Origin: Octopus vulgaris
Taxonomy: Eukaryota
Reading direction: 5' to 3'
Length of the DNA: 64,000 bases
Assembly: GCA_951406725.2 (NCBI GenBank)
Contig: OX597833.1
Coordinates: forward strand, 33,914,001-33,978,000
In this document: positions 27,601 through 41,867 of the stretch, piece by piece
How positions within the stretch are numbered: the first letter of the stretch is position 1
Layout: each line of letters starts with the position of its first letter
The notes under the pieces: model-generated
Database searches by the model: none
What the model saw: the letters and a program-made list of their open reading frames with translations, nothing else
Told to the model about the DNA's origin: nothing
Program-made: the position numbers and the translations under genes

Positions 27601-28654
27601 CTTTCAGCATGCGGATTTCTTGACTGGTGGCACTTGCATGTGCAAGTTGTTTGCAAGACATCCAACAGTCATAACAAATACAACCACTGTAACAGTGATG
27701 ATTGTCTTTTTATGTGGTTTTGTTGTGATTACTTTATTATCTAATATCAATAATTGACGGCTTATAGTTTATATTTTGTTGCTTCTGGAAGGTAGATTTC
27801 CACTACCCACCAACACAATGTTTGAGGTTATATTTTCTTTTGAGATACTTGATACTTTCTTTTTATTATTATTGGTTTTCTTAAACTTGTTGTCAATAAT
27901 AACTTTTTGCGAAATAAATAAAGAATAAATAAACACCTTTATTATTCCTAATCAAACTGCCTGAGAAAGACCTATTTTACAGCCAAAAGCCTACATTATT
28001 TCTATGAAGTGTATCGAAGATGTTCATGTAGTTGTTTTACAGCTATTTATTAAAGAATGCAGAAGCATAGCTGGCTGCTTTGGGATTTATTTTTCTTTTA
28101 TTATTATTCTTTATTTTTGCGTGTGATATTTATAACAGCTGTTTATAAGCAATGGTTGATTCTGTAGCAATTGCCCTCTTTTACTCGATCGCGCTTTCTA
28201 TCTATCTCTCACGCACTCCGGTACACCTTTCCTTTTGTGACCACTAATCCAGCAACCCCTTTCACACACATTTATGACTTTTATCTTGCTTTCGTCGCCT
28301 TCTTCTCCCTCTACCTCATTCATTTCATCTTCCGCCTTTACCTCTTTTCCTTAGCGCACACTCTCGCTCCTTTTCACTTGCTCTCCTTTTTCCCCATTAT
28401 CTTATTCCCCCCTCTCTCTCACTTTATTTCTTTCACCATGTCTGTCTATCTATCTATTTCCCACTTTCTCACCTCCTATTCAGTCCTATATTTTCCTTTT
28501 ATGTAATAATATTACTACCTTTTAAATAATTACCAGTTCATATTTTTTTCAATTTATGTATATGCGTGCGTGCCCACGCGTGTATGTATGTATTTGTTTA
28601 TGTATATGTATGTATTAAGAAAAAGGAGATAATCAGGATATATATATATATATA

Positions 28655-29011
28655 CCTCTCCAACACCACCCTCCTCACAGGCACCCATCATCGACCCTAT
28701 CATATCACTGACTCCTTCACCTGCACATCTAGCAACGTCATCTACTGCATCTCCTGCTCTCTCAGTCCTCTATACATCGGTCATACGGGACGCCGCTTGG
28801 CTGACCGGTCCGCAGAACACCTCCGAGACATCCGACTCGGCAACGACATCCCGGTCTCGCGCCATTTCCGCTCTACCGGTCACTCTTTACACCTGTCTGT
28901 GCTCGGATTTTCCTTGTACAGGGGCCATCCGGACTCCCATCTTCGCCGTGAGCAGGGATTAATCTTCTCTCTTCGCTCCTTTGCGCCACATGGGCTTAAC
29001 TCTCCTCCCCT
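28655..29011 (+). pseudogene. PLE GIY-YIG endonuclease fragment (Neptune-like)
   Basis: FTCTSSNVIYCISC...LYIGHTGRRLADR.AEH...VSRHF...H...REQ.LIF.L....PHGLN. Confidence 0.8.
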
Positions 29012-31915
29012 CTTCATCTGGGACCCCCGACAAGAAGAGATCCAGTTTAGTTTTAAAGAAACTCACATCCACACCGTGCAGGTCTATCAGGCATTTAGGG
29101 AGGATGTTGAAGAGCTGTGGTCCTCTGAAACCCAAGCTGTTGCAGTATCTGGTCCCGTATTGTGATGGTGATGTTGAAATCTTTGGCACCATGCAGTGGC
29201 GCCCCGTTCTGCAGTTGGGGTAACTTTGAATGCCAAAGTTTGGAATAAGACCCTCCAGGATTTTCCAGATGTATATCACTGCATATCTCTTTCGCCTTCG
29301 CTCCAGGGAGAAGAGTTTTAATACTTTCAGTCTTTCCTAGTAGCTGATATGTTGTATTGAGACGATCTTCTTAGTGTAACTTCGTTGAATTGCTTCGAGT
29401 TCTGCTGTTAGCTTTATATTGTGTGGTGACCATAGTTGGGAGCAGTAGTCCAAGCGGCTGAGAACGAATGTTTTTCAAAGGACCATCAGTGTCTCCTTCT
29501 CTCTTGTTCTGAAAGTTCGGAGAATCCATCCAGCTATCCGTCTGCATTTTATCACCAAATTAGTAATATGCTCTTGGAAAGATGCATCATTACTCATGTC
29601 AATGCCCAGGTCACGCACTGATTTTGACTCAGGGATTGCGATTCTTCCCGGGCCAGTGTATCCAGTCTGCATGTCGTTTACCTTTGTGTGCCGGTAGCGC
29701 AGGGCCTGGAACTTCCCTGCATTAAACTGCATGTTGTTGTCCTCAACCCACCTGTATATTGTATCCAACTCCCGTTGCAGATGTCCAATATTTCCAGGGT
29801 TTTGTATTTTGTGGGAGACTTTTGTGTCATCTGCATAGCTAGCAAGGGTGGCTATCTTAGCAACAGGGGGCATGTCTGAAAGGGTCACTATGAGCAGCAG
29901 TGGCCCCAAGACAGTGCCCTGTGGAACACCGCTTGTTATTTGTGTTTCCTTGGAGGTGGCTCCATTGGCCATAACTGCCTGCCTTCTATCTTTTAGGAAG
30001 TTGTGCATCCACTCTCCAAGTTTTCCGCCTATGCCGAGACCACGCAGTTTGTGACAAATCATACCGTGGTCGACTTTATCAAAGGCTTTTGCAAAGTCGA
30101 GATATATCACATCTACATTTGAGCCATTTAGTAGCTGTTTTAACACTCAGTCATAGTGTTTCAGGAGCTGTGTCAGGCAGCTTCTACCTGGTCAAAATCC
30201 ATGCAGGGTGTCAGTTAGCAAGTCATTTTCTTCATGATTAGTTTCTTGCGGACTATTCGTTCCATGACTTGGCTGATGTGTGAGGTCAGAGAGATAGGTC
30301 TATAATTTTTAGCATCTGCTCTGCTTCCTCCCTTATGGATAGGGCATATTACCCCCTCTTTCAATTTGACTGGGAGCTTACCACTTGCAAGAAAGCTCTG
30401 AAAAAGAAGCTGCAGCAGTTTTGCAAGGGCTCGTTTACACGATTTGAGAAGGATCGCTGGAAATCCAGCAGGTCCAGCAGCTGAGTTTGTGTCAATCTCA
30501 TCTATGGCCAGTGAGATATCATCTTCAATGTTGATACACTCAATTTTTACCTCTTTGGTCACAGGTAAAGTGGCAAAGAATTCTTCTGGGTTGTTTACTT
30601 GCCTGTGTCCTAGAGGTGTAGTGAACACCCTTTGAAAGTGTTCGTTCAGTATTTCACTTATCCTAGAGGGATTTCCTGTGAGGGAGCCATCTTTTTGGAA
30701 GAGAGGTCCTATTCTCTGGCGCACTGTGGCTGTCTCTTTGGCAAACTTAAAGAAAGCTTTAGGGTTTGACTTGATATTTTCTATTACCCAAGCTTCTTTA
30801 TCTGCTCTCTCCTTTTCATGAGACTGATGCAGACTTTTCTCAATTTCCATTAGCATTCTCTCGAGCCGAGACTTCTCACCACTTTTGGTATGCTTGCTCA
30901 GGCGGTTCGCAATCATTGTCCGTCGTCTCATAAGAATCTTCCTTTCTCTCGGGATCCTGTTTTTGTGTGTGTTAGCCCTGCACACTGGGACATATTTGTC
31001 ACATATGGCTTGTATTATGGACATGAAACGTTTATGTTTCATGTCAATGTCTGGTGTGGAGAGACATTTGGGCCAATCCTGTTAGAGGATCTCTTTCTCA
31101 ATCAACTTCCAATTTGCTTTATGAAAGTTTAATTTGGAGAGATTGTGGATGCTTCGTATAGGCTATGTGTCTGCGGGGGCTTTTGGTCCATACATAGACA
31201 GCTCTATTATGTTGTGATCCGAGATCATTGTCGGCATCACTTTAACATTATGGATAATATCCATATTGTTTGTGAAGCAGAGATCCAGTATATTATTTGC
31301 CCTGGTTGGTTGCAGCACTATTTGCTCCATGAAAGAGGCATATACACTGTTGTGTCGTTCCAGGTTGGTAAGAACTTCTATTTTTGTTAGGCAGTCTTCA
31401 AACGTGCCTGTGTGATTTGGGGCATCCTGTGGGCGATATGTAGTACATATGACGCTATTCAGTTGTCTTATGTGTACAATTTGAGTGTCACACACTGAGT
31501 TTGAATATGACAACAGGACCTGGGGCGTGAGGTCATCTCGGATGTACACGGTAACTCCACCATGACTCCTCCTTTTTCTATCTGAAAGTATGACAACATA
31601 TTGCGGTATGTTTATTTCTGTATCCCCTATATCGGGTCCAAGATGCGTTTCTATGAGTGCCATGCATATAGCTTGATTGCATGCCGCAAGGTCTCTCAGG
31701 AATGAGATTTTCCTTTTACAGTTGCCTTGCAGCAGCCCTCCTACATTCATTAGAAATATTTTTGTGGTGTGTGTGTTGGTGTCTGTGGTGGCCATCCTGC
31801 ATCTGTTGGTGGTGGCTTTATGTGGTGGTAGTTCCAGCTTTGTGTTTGTAGCCAGGTCAGCTGCTGGACAATTTTTTGTGGCATGCACAAAAAAGATTGT
31901 TGTTCAGCTGCTGCC
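29012..31915 (-). mobile_element. CR1/L2-group LINE (APE + RT), decayed
   Basis: FLMNVGGL, NILDLCFTN, SDHNII (APE); NYRPISLTS, YLDFAKAFDKVDH, SGVPQGTVLGP, YADD (RT). Confidence 0.9.
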
Positions 31916-31927
31916 CTAATATATATA

Positions 31928-32018
<91 letters not shown>

Positions 32019-32049
32019 GTACATTTATATACATATATATATATGTATG

Positions 32050-32080
<31 letters not shown>

Positions 32081-32110
32081 GTATATATATATATATGTAT
32101 ATATATATAT

Positions 32111-32222
32111 GTCATCGTGACCCACCAGGCTATCAGATGTTGCTACACATCGCTGGTCACAATGCACTTCGCATTGTTTTAGCCTTCAAATGACGCCACC
32201 CCGCTGGCTAAGCGAGAGCAGG

Positions 32223-32223
<1 letters not shown>
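32111..32223 (-). mobile_element. RTE LINE 3' end fragment
   Basis: Similar to the 3' end at 58210-58280 (GACC.ACCAG...CGCTGGTCACA), embedded in (TA)n. Confidence 0.55.
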
Positions 32224-32280
<57 letters not shown>

Positions 32281-32298
32281 ATATATATATGTGTTTGC

Positions 32299-32357
<59 letters not shown>

Positions 32358-32477
32358 CATGTATATATATATATGTATATATATGTGTATATATATGTAT
32401 ATATATATATATGTATATATATATGTATATATGTATATATGTATATATGTATATATATATATATATATTATATATAA

Positions 32478-32541
<64 letters not shown>

Positions 32542-32718
32542 GTATATATATATGTATATATTTAAATAATGAGGGAGGTAAATTAATATTAATTTAGTTA
32601 ACATCAATTTAAAACCAGTAGCCTACCATACAAAAATCTGAGAAAATTCTAATACATACGTATATTCAAAGGGCAAGACCACTAGGTAGTCGGCCGTATG
32701 CTAGAAATAGATCACCAA

Positions 32719-32806
<88 letters not shown>

Positions 32807-32828
32807 GTATATATATATATATGTATAC

Positions 32829-32885
<57 letters not shown>

Positions 32886-33019
32886 GATATATGTGTGTAT
32901 ATATATATGTATATATGTGTGTGTGTGTGAAGTTTCCCCAATACAGAAGTGTTACACAATAACATTAAGTTCAACGTTTAATTTCAGGCAAATATGGGAG
33001 ACAACTCTGAATATGTCTC

Positions 33020-33330
33020 TATTCGTAGACCTTCGCAGCGGAGCACAAGTATCGTTTACGTTGGATAGAATGCCTTACATGAATGAATGATAAAAGGATC
33101 CTGAAACAGACGCTGTATAGTGAGCAGCTTTATGCAGAAAACATACTTAGCACAAGTCAAGGTTGTGGTTTAAGGACTGCGTAAAATCCACCTGAAAAGC
33201 ATATGTAATAATGAAGTTCAAATGGAAAAGAACTGCCTTTGACCGTCAGTAATGGAGAAAATATGTAAAGGATAGTGCGGATATTTTTGAAAACGTTCGT
33301 ATTTCCCATGCAGACATTCAGTGAGCTAAC
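33020..33330 (+). pseudogene. Old RTE LINE remnant
   Basis: YRLRW...MNDKRILKQTLYSE...RFKD-like peptide pieces. Confidence 0.4.
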
Positions 33331-34508
33331 GAACAAATTGTGAGGCGGTTCGGTATGCAACGTATAAAGACGAGTACGTTTGGGTTTTTATATCTTATTT
33401 TACCAAGGCTTGGCTCATTAGACACAAACGAATTCATCGGGTCAGGCAAGACGTTGACAATAGTGCATTCATGAGAAAAAATGCGTAATATGCTAAACAA
33501 TTATGCGTCGGAAGGTTTGCAAGTCTACTGGTGCGTTAAAAATCACAGTGCTACACATCGAAATGCATTCTGATAGGTGTATACACATTTTTGTTTGTAG
33601 GGTCTGCCAAACGAAATACGAGGGCTTAGTGAATATAAAGAACCACTATCAAAAGAATGAGTCTTCTTTTTATAGTTAGTGACGGTCTTCTTTGGACATA
33701 TTATGCATGTACATATTTACATGTGTGCATATATACACATATATGTGTGTATGTATGCATACATAAATGTGTGTGTGTATACGTATGCATGTATTTATGT
33801 ACGTACGCGGTTTGTCCCCAAAATACTGCACAAAAGGGCATAACTTCTTTACTAACAGATACAGTCCGTTAAACTGTACATGTTGGTAGAATAACATTTT
33901 CTCTATAGCAGCTCTTCTTCATTGTGGAACATAATGGGCTTCAAGCAGAAGCAACATGCAGCACGAATCTCCATGAGTGAACGAATTAATTCGCTCTGAG
34001 AGACGAATCACAATCCGTGAGGTTGCTGCACAACTGGAACTGTTGTCTCAATGCATTACAGATGGTGGAAGATTTTAGGTATCGGAAAGTGTGTACAAAT
34101 TTGATACCCCGGTAGTTGACCCTCAATCTGAAGGAGAGAAACGTAAAAATCTCTTCTGATCTTTTGAAAGCGTTTGTAGCCAACGAAGGCAAAATTTTTT
34201 TTTCCATCTTTTTGATTTGATAACTGAGAATAAAACGGATGTGTACACGTCCGGATTTGGCGCCTTCCGATTTCTAACAGTTCGAACCAATGAACAGACG
34301 TGGCTGTGTGGTGAGAAGTTTGTTTCCTAGCCACATGGTTCCTGGTTCAGTTCCATTGCGTTGGTAAGTTACTTCTACTATAGCCTCGAGCCGACCAAAG
34401 CCTTGTGAGTGAATTTGGCAGAGAATTATAGGGGAAGAGTTAATCTACTTCATACACAATTTTGAATAGCCTATGTCCTTTCGGGACAAACCTTGTGTGT
34501 ATGTGCGC

Positions 34509-35730
34509 GGGGGTACACCACCGCTGTATAGCCCTAGGAAGCATCGAACGCCTCCTGATAGCTTTGACACATTTTTTCCCTGTGTCCTTATATAGATATA
34601 CGAAGGGGAGACAAACACCCCCGGCTGCCGGAACTGCATCTAGGGACACCGTGTTTCAGGATCGTTGTCCTTCATCGGCCTAGAGTAGCAGACACCGGTC
34701 AGCTGGTGACATTTGCCTCGGTGTCTGCTACTCTAGGCCGATGAAGGACAACGATCCTGAAACACGGTGTCCCTAGATGCAGTTCCGGTAGCCGGGGGTG
34801 TTTGTCTCCCCTTCGTATATCTATATAAGGACACAGGGAAAAAATGTGTCAAAGCTATCAGGAGGCGTTCGATGCTTCCTAGGGCTATACAGCGGTGGTG
34901 TACCCCCTACTGTCACGGTCTTGTTAGATTGACAGTATACAACCATTCTATCACCCCACCACCGTACATGTCTCTACGAGAGATTTAGAAATTCAATATT
35001 TCTTATTTTGATAATCAGTGAATAAACTTCACTGAATATAGATATATAGAATTACGAAGCCGAGGCAAATATCACCAGCTGACCGGTGTCTGCTACTCTA
35101 GGCCGATGAAGGACAACGATCCTGAAACACGGTGTCCCTAGATGCAGTTCCGGCAGCCGGGGGTGTTTGTCCCCCCTTCGTATATCTATATAAGGACACG
35201 GGGAAAAATGTGTCAAAGCTATCAGGAGGCGTTCGATGCTTCATATGGCTATACAGCGGTGGTGTACCCCCTACTGTCACGTTCGTGTTAGATTGACAGT
35301 ATACAACCATTCTATCGCCCCACCACCGTACATGTCTCTACGAGAGATTTAGAAATTCAATATTTCTTATTTTGATAATCAGTGAATAAACTTCACTGAA
35401 TATAGATATATAGAATTACGAAGCCGAGGCAAATATCACCAGCTGACCGGTGTCTGCTACTCTAGGCCGATGAAGGACAACGATCCTGAAACACGGTGTC
35501 CCTAGATGCAGTTCCGGCAGCCGGGGGTGTTTGTCTCCCCTTCGTATATCTATATAAGGACACAGGGAAAAAATGTGTCAAAGCTTTCAGGAGGCGTTCG
35601 ATGCTTCCTAGGGCTATACAGCGGTGGTGTACCCCCTACTGTCACGTTCTTTGTAGATTGACAGTATACAATCATTCTATCGCCCCACCACCGTACATGT
35701 CTCTACGAGAGATTTAGAAATTCAATATTT
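34509..35730. repeat. 364-bp HHR tandem repeat D, locus 1 (0.6 unit minus + 2.8 units plus, head-to-head)
   Basis: GTGTCTGCTAC at 34721, 35086 and 35450; strand switch at ~34720; right end runs into (TA)n. Confidence 0.9.
34732..34777 (+). ncRNA. Minimal type I hammerhead motif, U4C core (family D)
   Basis: TCTAGG-CCGATGA-AGGA(caacga)TCCT-GAAA-CACGGTG-TC-CCTAGA. Copies at 35097-35142, 35461-35506, 38049-38093 (+) and 34639-34684, 37724-37768 (-). Confidence 0.75.
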
Positions 35731-35960
35731 TTTATATATATATATATAGTCGGCATGATATTTCGTTAGCCACTACACACATTTTTCTCTCCTTTTTGTC
35801 TCTCCTTGTTTCTCTCCTTGTTTTTTCTGTGTCCCCTTCTGTAGAAGAGCGTCGGCTTGAAACGTAAAATACTTTTTCTATTCATGAGCGTTATACTAAT
35901 ACATTTGTTTGTTTTGTACACCACCTGTCTTCGTGTTTTGTTTTTTTCGTAAACTCTCCC

Positions 35961-36039
<79 letters not shown>

Positions 36040-36199
36040 CTGAAGTGAAGGCAGCATGTTCTTTGTCTATTTCCTTACTTTCTTTGGAGATTTTAGGTAA
36101 AATTGATGTAATGATTGCATTGTTCAATTAAATGTAGTTGCGTGAAACCATCCTATGGCTTTACCTCGGATTATTCTTGTTGCTTATTTTGATTTATAC

Positions 36200-36273
<74 letters not shown>

Positions 36274-36413
36274 CAGAGAAAGGAGGGGAGAATATATGTA
36301 TTCTTTTCTTTTATGCTTTTTACTTGTTTAAGTCTTCAGACCGCAGTCATAGTGGAGTCTTTTAATAAAACAAATCGATACATTTTTCTAAATATATATA
36401 TATATATTTCTAA

Positions 36414-36483
<70 letters not shown>

Positions 36484-36661
36484 GACGAGCTTCTTTCAGT
36501 TTCCGTCTACCAAATCCACTCCCAAGGCTTAGTCGGCCCCAGGTTATTAATAGGAGACGCCCAGAACTATGTAATTAGGAAGCAAGCTTTTTACCACACA
36601 GCCACGTCTGAAGCTATGTATATATATATATACATATACGTATACATATATATATATAGAG

Positions 36662-36762
<101 letters not shown>

Positions 36763-36775
36763 TAGATATATATAT

Positions 36776-36820
<45 letters not shown>

Positions 36821-36822
<2 letters not shown>

Positions 36823-37197
36823 CGCAGGAGTCGCTGTGTGGTAAGTAGCTTGCTAACCAACCACATGGTTCCGGGTTCAGTCCCACTGCGTGGCACCTTG
36901 GGCAAGTGTCTTCTACTATAGCCCCGGGCCGACCAATGCCTTGTGAGTGGATTTGGTAGACGGAAACTGAACGAAGCCTGTCGTATATATGTATGTGTTT
37001 GTGTGACTGTGTTTGTCCCCCTAACATTGCTTGACAACCGATGCTGGTGTGTTTACGTCCCCGTCACTTAACGGTTCGGCAAAAGAGACCGATAGAATAA
37101 GTACTGGGCTTACAAAGAATAAGTCCCGGGGTAGATTTGCTCGACTAAATGAGGTGCTCCAGCATGGCCGCAGTCAAATGACTGAAACAAGTAAAAG

Positions 37198-37200
<3 letters not shown>
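36821..37200 (+). mobile_element. SINE family 1, full length
   Basis: GGCGCAGGAGTCGCTGTGTGGTAAG head through GAAACAAGTAAAAGA tail, between (TA)n tracts. Confidence 0.9.
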
Positions 37201-37260
<60 letters not shown>

Positions 37261-37495
37261 CATATATATATATAACTAATGTAGGATAAAAATTTTTTCA
37301 GGAAAAAAAATTTTATCAATGGCCAGCATATCAAAAAACACCTTTCAAGGTTAAATTTATAAATAATATATATATATATATATATATCCTTCTTCCCTTC
37401 TTTCCTGAGCGTCCAATAATACTTTATTTGTTCCACGTCCTTGCGTTGTTGTTTTTTTGTTTTTGTTTTCTTGTTTAGATTAACTATATATATAT

Positions 37496-38262
37496 ATAAG
37501 AAATATTGAATTTCTAAATCACTCGTAGAGACATGTGCGGTGGTGGGGCGATAGAATGGTTGTATACTGTCAATCTAACAAGACCGTGACAGTAGGGGGT
37601 ACACCACCGCTGTATAGCCCTAGGAAGCATCGAACGCCTCCTGATGGCTTTGACACATTTTTCCCTGTGTACTTATATATATTTACGAAGGGGAGACAAA
37701 CACCCCCGGCTGCCGAAACTGCATCTAGGGACACGTGTTTCAGGATCGTTGTCCTTCATCGGCCTAGAGTAGCAGACACCGGTCAACCGGTGATATTTGT
37801 CTCGACTTCGTATTTGTATATATCTATATTCAGTGAAGTCTATTCACTGATTATCAAAATAAGAAATATTGAATTTCTAAATCTCTCGTAGAGACATGTG
37901 CGGTGGTGGGGCGATAGAATGGTTGTATACTGTCAATCTAACAAGAACGTGACAGTAGGGGGTACACCACCGCTGTATAGCCATATGAAGCATCGAACGC
38001 CCCCTGATAGCTTTGACACATTTTTCCCTGTGTCCTTATGTCTGCTACTCTAGGCCGATGAAGGACAACGATCCTGAAACACGTGTCCCCAGATGCAGTT
38101 TCGGCAGCCGGGGGTGTTTGTCTCCCCTTCGTAAATGTATATAAGGACACAGGGAAAAATGTGTCAGCCATCAGGAGGCGTTCGATGCTTCCTAGGGCTA
38201 TACAGCGGTGGTGTACCCCCTTACTGTCACGTTCTTGTTAGATTGACAGTATACAACCATTC

Positions 38263-38265
<3 letters not shown>
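37496..38265. repeat. 364-bp HHR tandem repeat D, locus 2 (1.5 units minus + 0.6 unit plus)
   Basis: Period 363; strand switch at 38039; (TA)n on both sides; helix III is CACGTG here. Confidence 0.9.
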
Positions 38266-38293
<28 letters not shown>

Positions 38294-38316
38294 GTATATA
38301 TATATATGTATGTATG

Positions 38317-38358
<42 letters not shown>

Positions 38359-39456
38359 TATGTATGTATGTATGTATGTATGTATACAAAGTCCGCTGAA
38401 AAAATGTATATACACTTAAGGATAGGACCAATCTGTATAAATATTTTAATTCAGTGTGATTACAATCTATTCAGTGTTATCCGAATTTGATAAAACATCG
38501 AAAGAGTATTTATATTTATATCGACACTAAAACCGATAAACCTGTGCTTTGAAACAAAAGCAACCTGTGCTATCTGTTTCAGAGCCAACTTAACAAAACA
38601 ATGCCCTTGATTCCTGCTAACACAATAACAGCATACATAGATTAACATTGGACTCCTTTGACCTTTAGGGACCCCCGAGTGACTACCTAAAGCACCCATT
38701 TTTTTAAGATACCACTGACCTACTTCACTCGAATACAGTAAAACCCATTGCAAACCCATAAACAATAGCACTAATGTTCACGAAATATCATAAGATAATG
38801 TTTTAAAAAAATAAATAAACATGAGACTGATTGCGTGATCGCACGAATAGTATTTTGCTATTGTTCTCACCTAAACACGTGAAGATAGTTAAACATAACT
38901 TTCTCAAAAACTCGGTCTCCTGTAATGAAACGACATTGAATTAATGAAGTGTCAAATTTTTTGTGCAAGAAAACGTGCCGCTATATTTTAGAATTGTCAA
39001 TAGAAAATGACATGTGCAACAAGGAACTTTAGATGTGGTCTCTGGACCAACTAGAAATAGAAACCTAATCTCCCTCCATTCATATTCTGCCGTAAAAAAA
39101 TTAAAAAAGAAGGCGGGGATTCCTTGATCATTTACATAAGGAACGATGATCACATTTAAGGTGCCTATGACTATGGGTCTTTGATCAATGCATACACAAA
39201 CACACACACACACACACACACAAACAAACTACTGGAACCAATAGGAATATTTCATGTTCTGCTAGAAATAGAAGCCAAATCTCTTACATATAACATTCAA
39301 CTGTCGATTCAAAAGTGACAAGGTATGGATTGTAGATATTAAATTAAATTTTTTTACATTTTTCAAACGTTTACACCTTCATATAACGGTCTACCTCCCT
39401 TCTAAATGATTACATATTCATATTTCAATTTATGTATATGTATGTATTTATATGTA

Positions 39457-39732
39457 GAGGCACATGGCCAAGTGGATTGTGCAGCGGTCGAAGGATCGCG
39501 GGTTCGAATCTCAGACCGGGCGATGTGTGTGTTTATGCGCGAAACACCTAAGCTCCACGCGGCGAACTTCTGCTGACTCTTTCGCCACAACTTTTTCTCA
39601 CTTTTTCCTCCTACATCTTGCAGCTCACCTGTGACGGACCGGCGTCCCGTCCAGCTGGGGAACCTATACGCCAAGGAAAGCAGGAAACCGGCCTTATGAG
39701 CCAGGCGTGGCTCGAGAAGGTTTAAACAACAA
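39457..39732 (+). mobile_element. SINE family 2-related
   Basis: GAGGCACATGGCC...GGATCGCGGGTTCGAATCTCAGACCGGGCG head; AAACAACAA tail. Confidence 0.75.
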
Positions 39733-40012
39733 TGTATTTATATATGTATTTACAAATGCGTGTGCGTGCGCCCCCATGCGTGTATGTTGTCTGTTAGAGG
39801 ATGGTAGGGCTTCGTTCCCCCTGCTAGCAATATATCAGATTGCGTAAAAAGTAAGCAACGTTTTAAACCATAAAATATTTGTACCGGATTTTTTGCAGAG
39901 TTTTGAATTTTTTTAAAACATTCTTTTGCAATTGTCTGATAAAACAGACATAGACTTGCTCAAATGCATCTATAAATTAACACTGATATTTTGTCACCGT
40001 TGTTCCAATCAT

Positions 40013-41855
40013 CTTTTTTGAAGCTGAGTTGTTGAAGTTGAGTTATTGAAGTCGAGTTATAATTGTGAGTAGAACGTGAATTTATTGTTCATTATTGTTG
40101 TTGTTAATACCGTTGTTAATATCGCTAAAATTTTGTGGAGTTGATTTTTTTCCATTGAGGAAAATGGAGAAGGCGCCAGCGGGCGGCCACAGCTATGCAG
40201 CCACAACTAGAAGAGGAGCAGAGAAAGAAGCATTGGAAACTTTTGAAATAAAGGTCGAGCCCAGGAAGATGAAGGCTAGCAAGAAGCTACTGAAAAAGGA
40301 AGGCGACAAGATAAAGTTGACGCTACCCAAGGAACTAATGAACAGCGTTATGAAGAAGACAGTGACATACAAGACCATGAAGGTTGCTACAGGAAAAATC
40401 GAGATAGCAGCTGTGGAGGAGATTGAGAAGGTGTTGGAAAGTATGAAAAACGCGATCACCTTCAGAGCAAGAGGCAGAAAATATGCCACTGTGGACATGC
40501 GTTTCACATCAGAAGAGGAAGCGATAAGGCATGCGACGGAGGCAATCCGCTCAGAAGAATGGATTCTTCTGCCATCCTATTGCGGCAAACGTATGGCGAG
40601 AGTTCGGGTAGGCCAGGTGCCCCCGGAGCTGGAGGAGGCATGGTTATGACGGCCATTATGTATAACATGGAAGAAGAGGCCAGAATACTGGAGGCCACCA
40701 GAACAAATAAATTGGACTACTGAGGCTATGGGTTGGAGTTAACAATCCAGGCAACAGTGGAAGACCTGAACAGAATAACAGAGGAGATAGTGTTACCTGA
40801 AGGTTGAGGGAAGACCACCTGTGTGTTACGAATGTGGCGAAAAGGGACCCATGAAGGCGAGATGCCCACAAAAAGAACAGAGAGAGACTAAAGAAAATAT
40901 CGAACATGCAGTGACAGTCGAGAATAATGAGAGAGCAGCGGAAGAAGAATTCACGCTAGTGGAAAGAAAAAAAGGAGGAGCGGTAGGGTAATCCCGCCAC
41001 CGACTAATCAAAAAAAGAAGAAAGAAGAGGTGGAAAAGAAAGAGGTAACGAGAAAGAAAGATGATAAAAGTGAGACGGAAAAGGAAAGTGAACAAATAAT
41101 TAAGGTGTGTGACAAGGAGGCAGAGGAGGAAGCAAGTATGAAGATGACAGATGAATTGACGGAAGACTTAGGAACTCAACTACAAGAGGATGAGATAGAG
41201 AAGCTGTTTACAGTGGAGACGGAGAAAGAGAAGGTACCAGACTCAGAGAAGAGTATAGAGGAATCTATAATAGGAAGGGTAGTGGAGGAATAAAGGAGAA
41301 AGCCGAGAGGAGGGAGGAACAAAAGGAAACAAAGAGGTGGAGAAAAAAATCGCAAAGTTCAAGCACATCATAAGGGTAAAGTTACCTAACGACGTGTACC
41401 CAGAGAGTGTGAAGGCCATTGTGGTCGATAGGGAAACCTATAAGAAACTTAGAGACATGTACGGGAGTAGAATTGACCCAGCTGGAGCGTTGGTGGAGTT
41501 CAATGAGCTGCCACCAGTAATCGATTTGTTAGAACTGGAGCCGTATATGAGACGTTAAAAGGGAGAAAAAAAAGGGAAAAAAAGGAAAATTACTTTGTTT
41601 TTGAAGAAAAGGAAAAGGTTTTTAGAAAACAACGATAATTAAGGAAAGAAAAAAAACAACAGATAGTGACAAGACTGTGTACAAACGTTCAAATGGTACT
41701 GCATGAGGAGTGGGGCCCATGCAGCCATTTCATCTTTCATTATTATATAATATTCATACTCATTCGTTTTATGTTTTTTGCCCCCACTGTGGTGTTGTGT
41801 CTGTCCTTGTAATGTCCCATCTGTGTTAGTAGCCTGAGTGCCAAAATAAAGAAAA
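40013..41855 (+). mobile_element. L1/Tx1-type ORF1-only element 1
   Basis: HSYAAT..., RGRKYATVDMRF, LLPSYCGKR.ARVRVG.VPP, zinc knuckle CYECGEKG...C, acidic linker, C-terminal domain, 3' UTR ending AATAAAGAAAA. No RT present. Confidence 0.7.
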
Positions 41856-41867
41856 TGTCCCAATCAT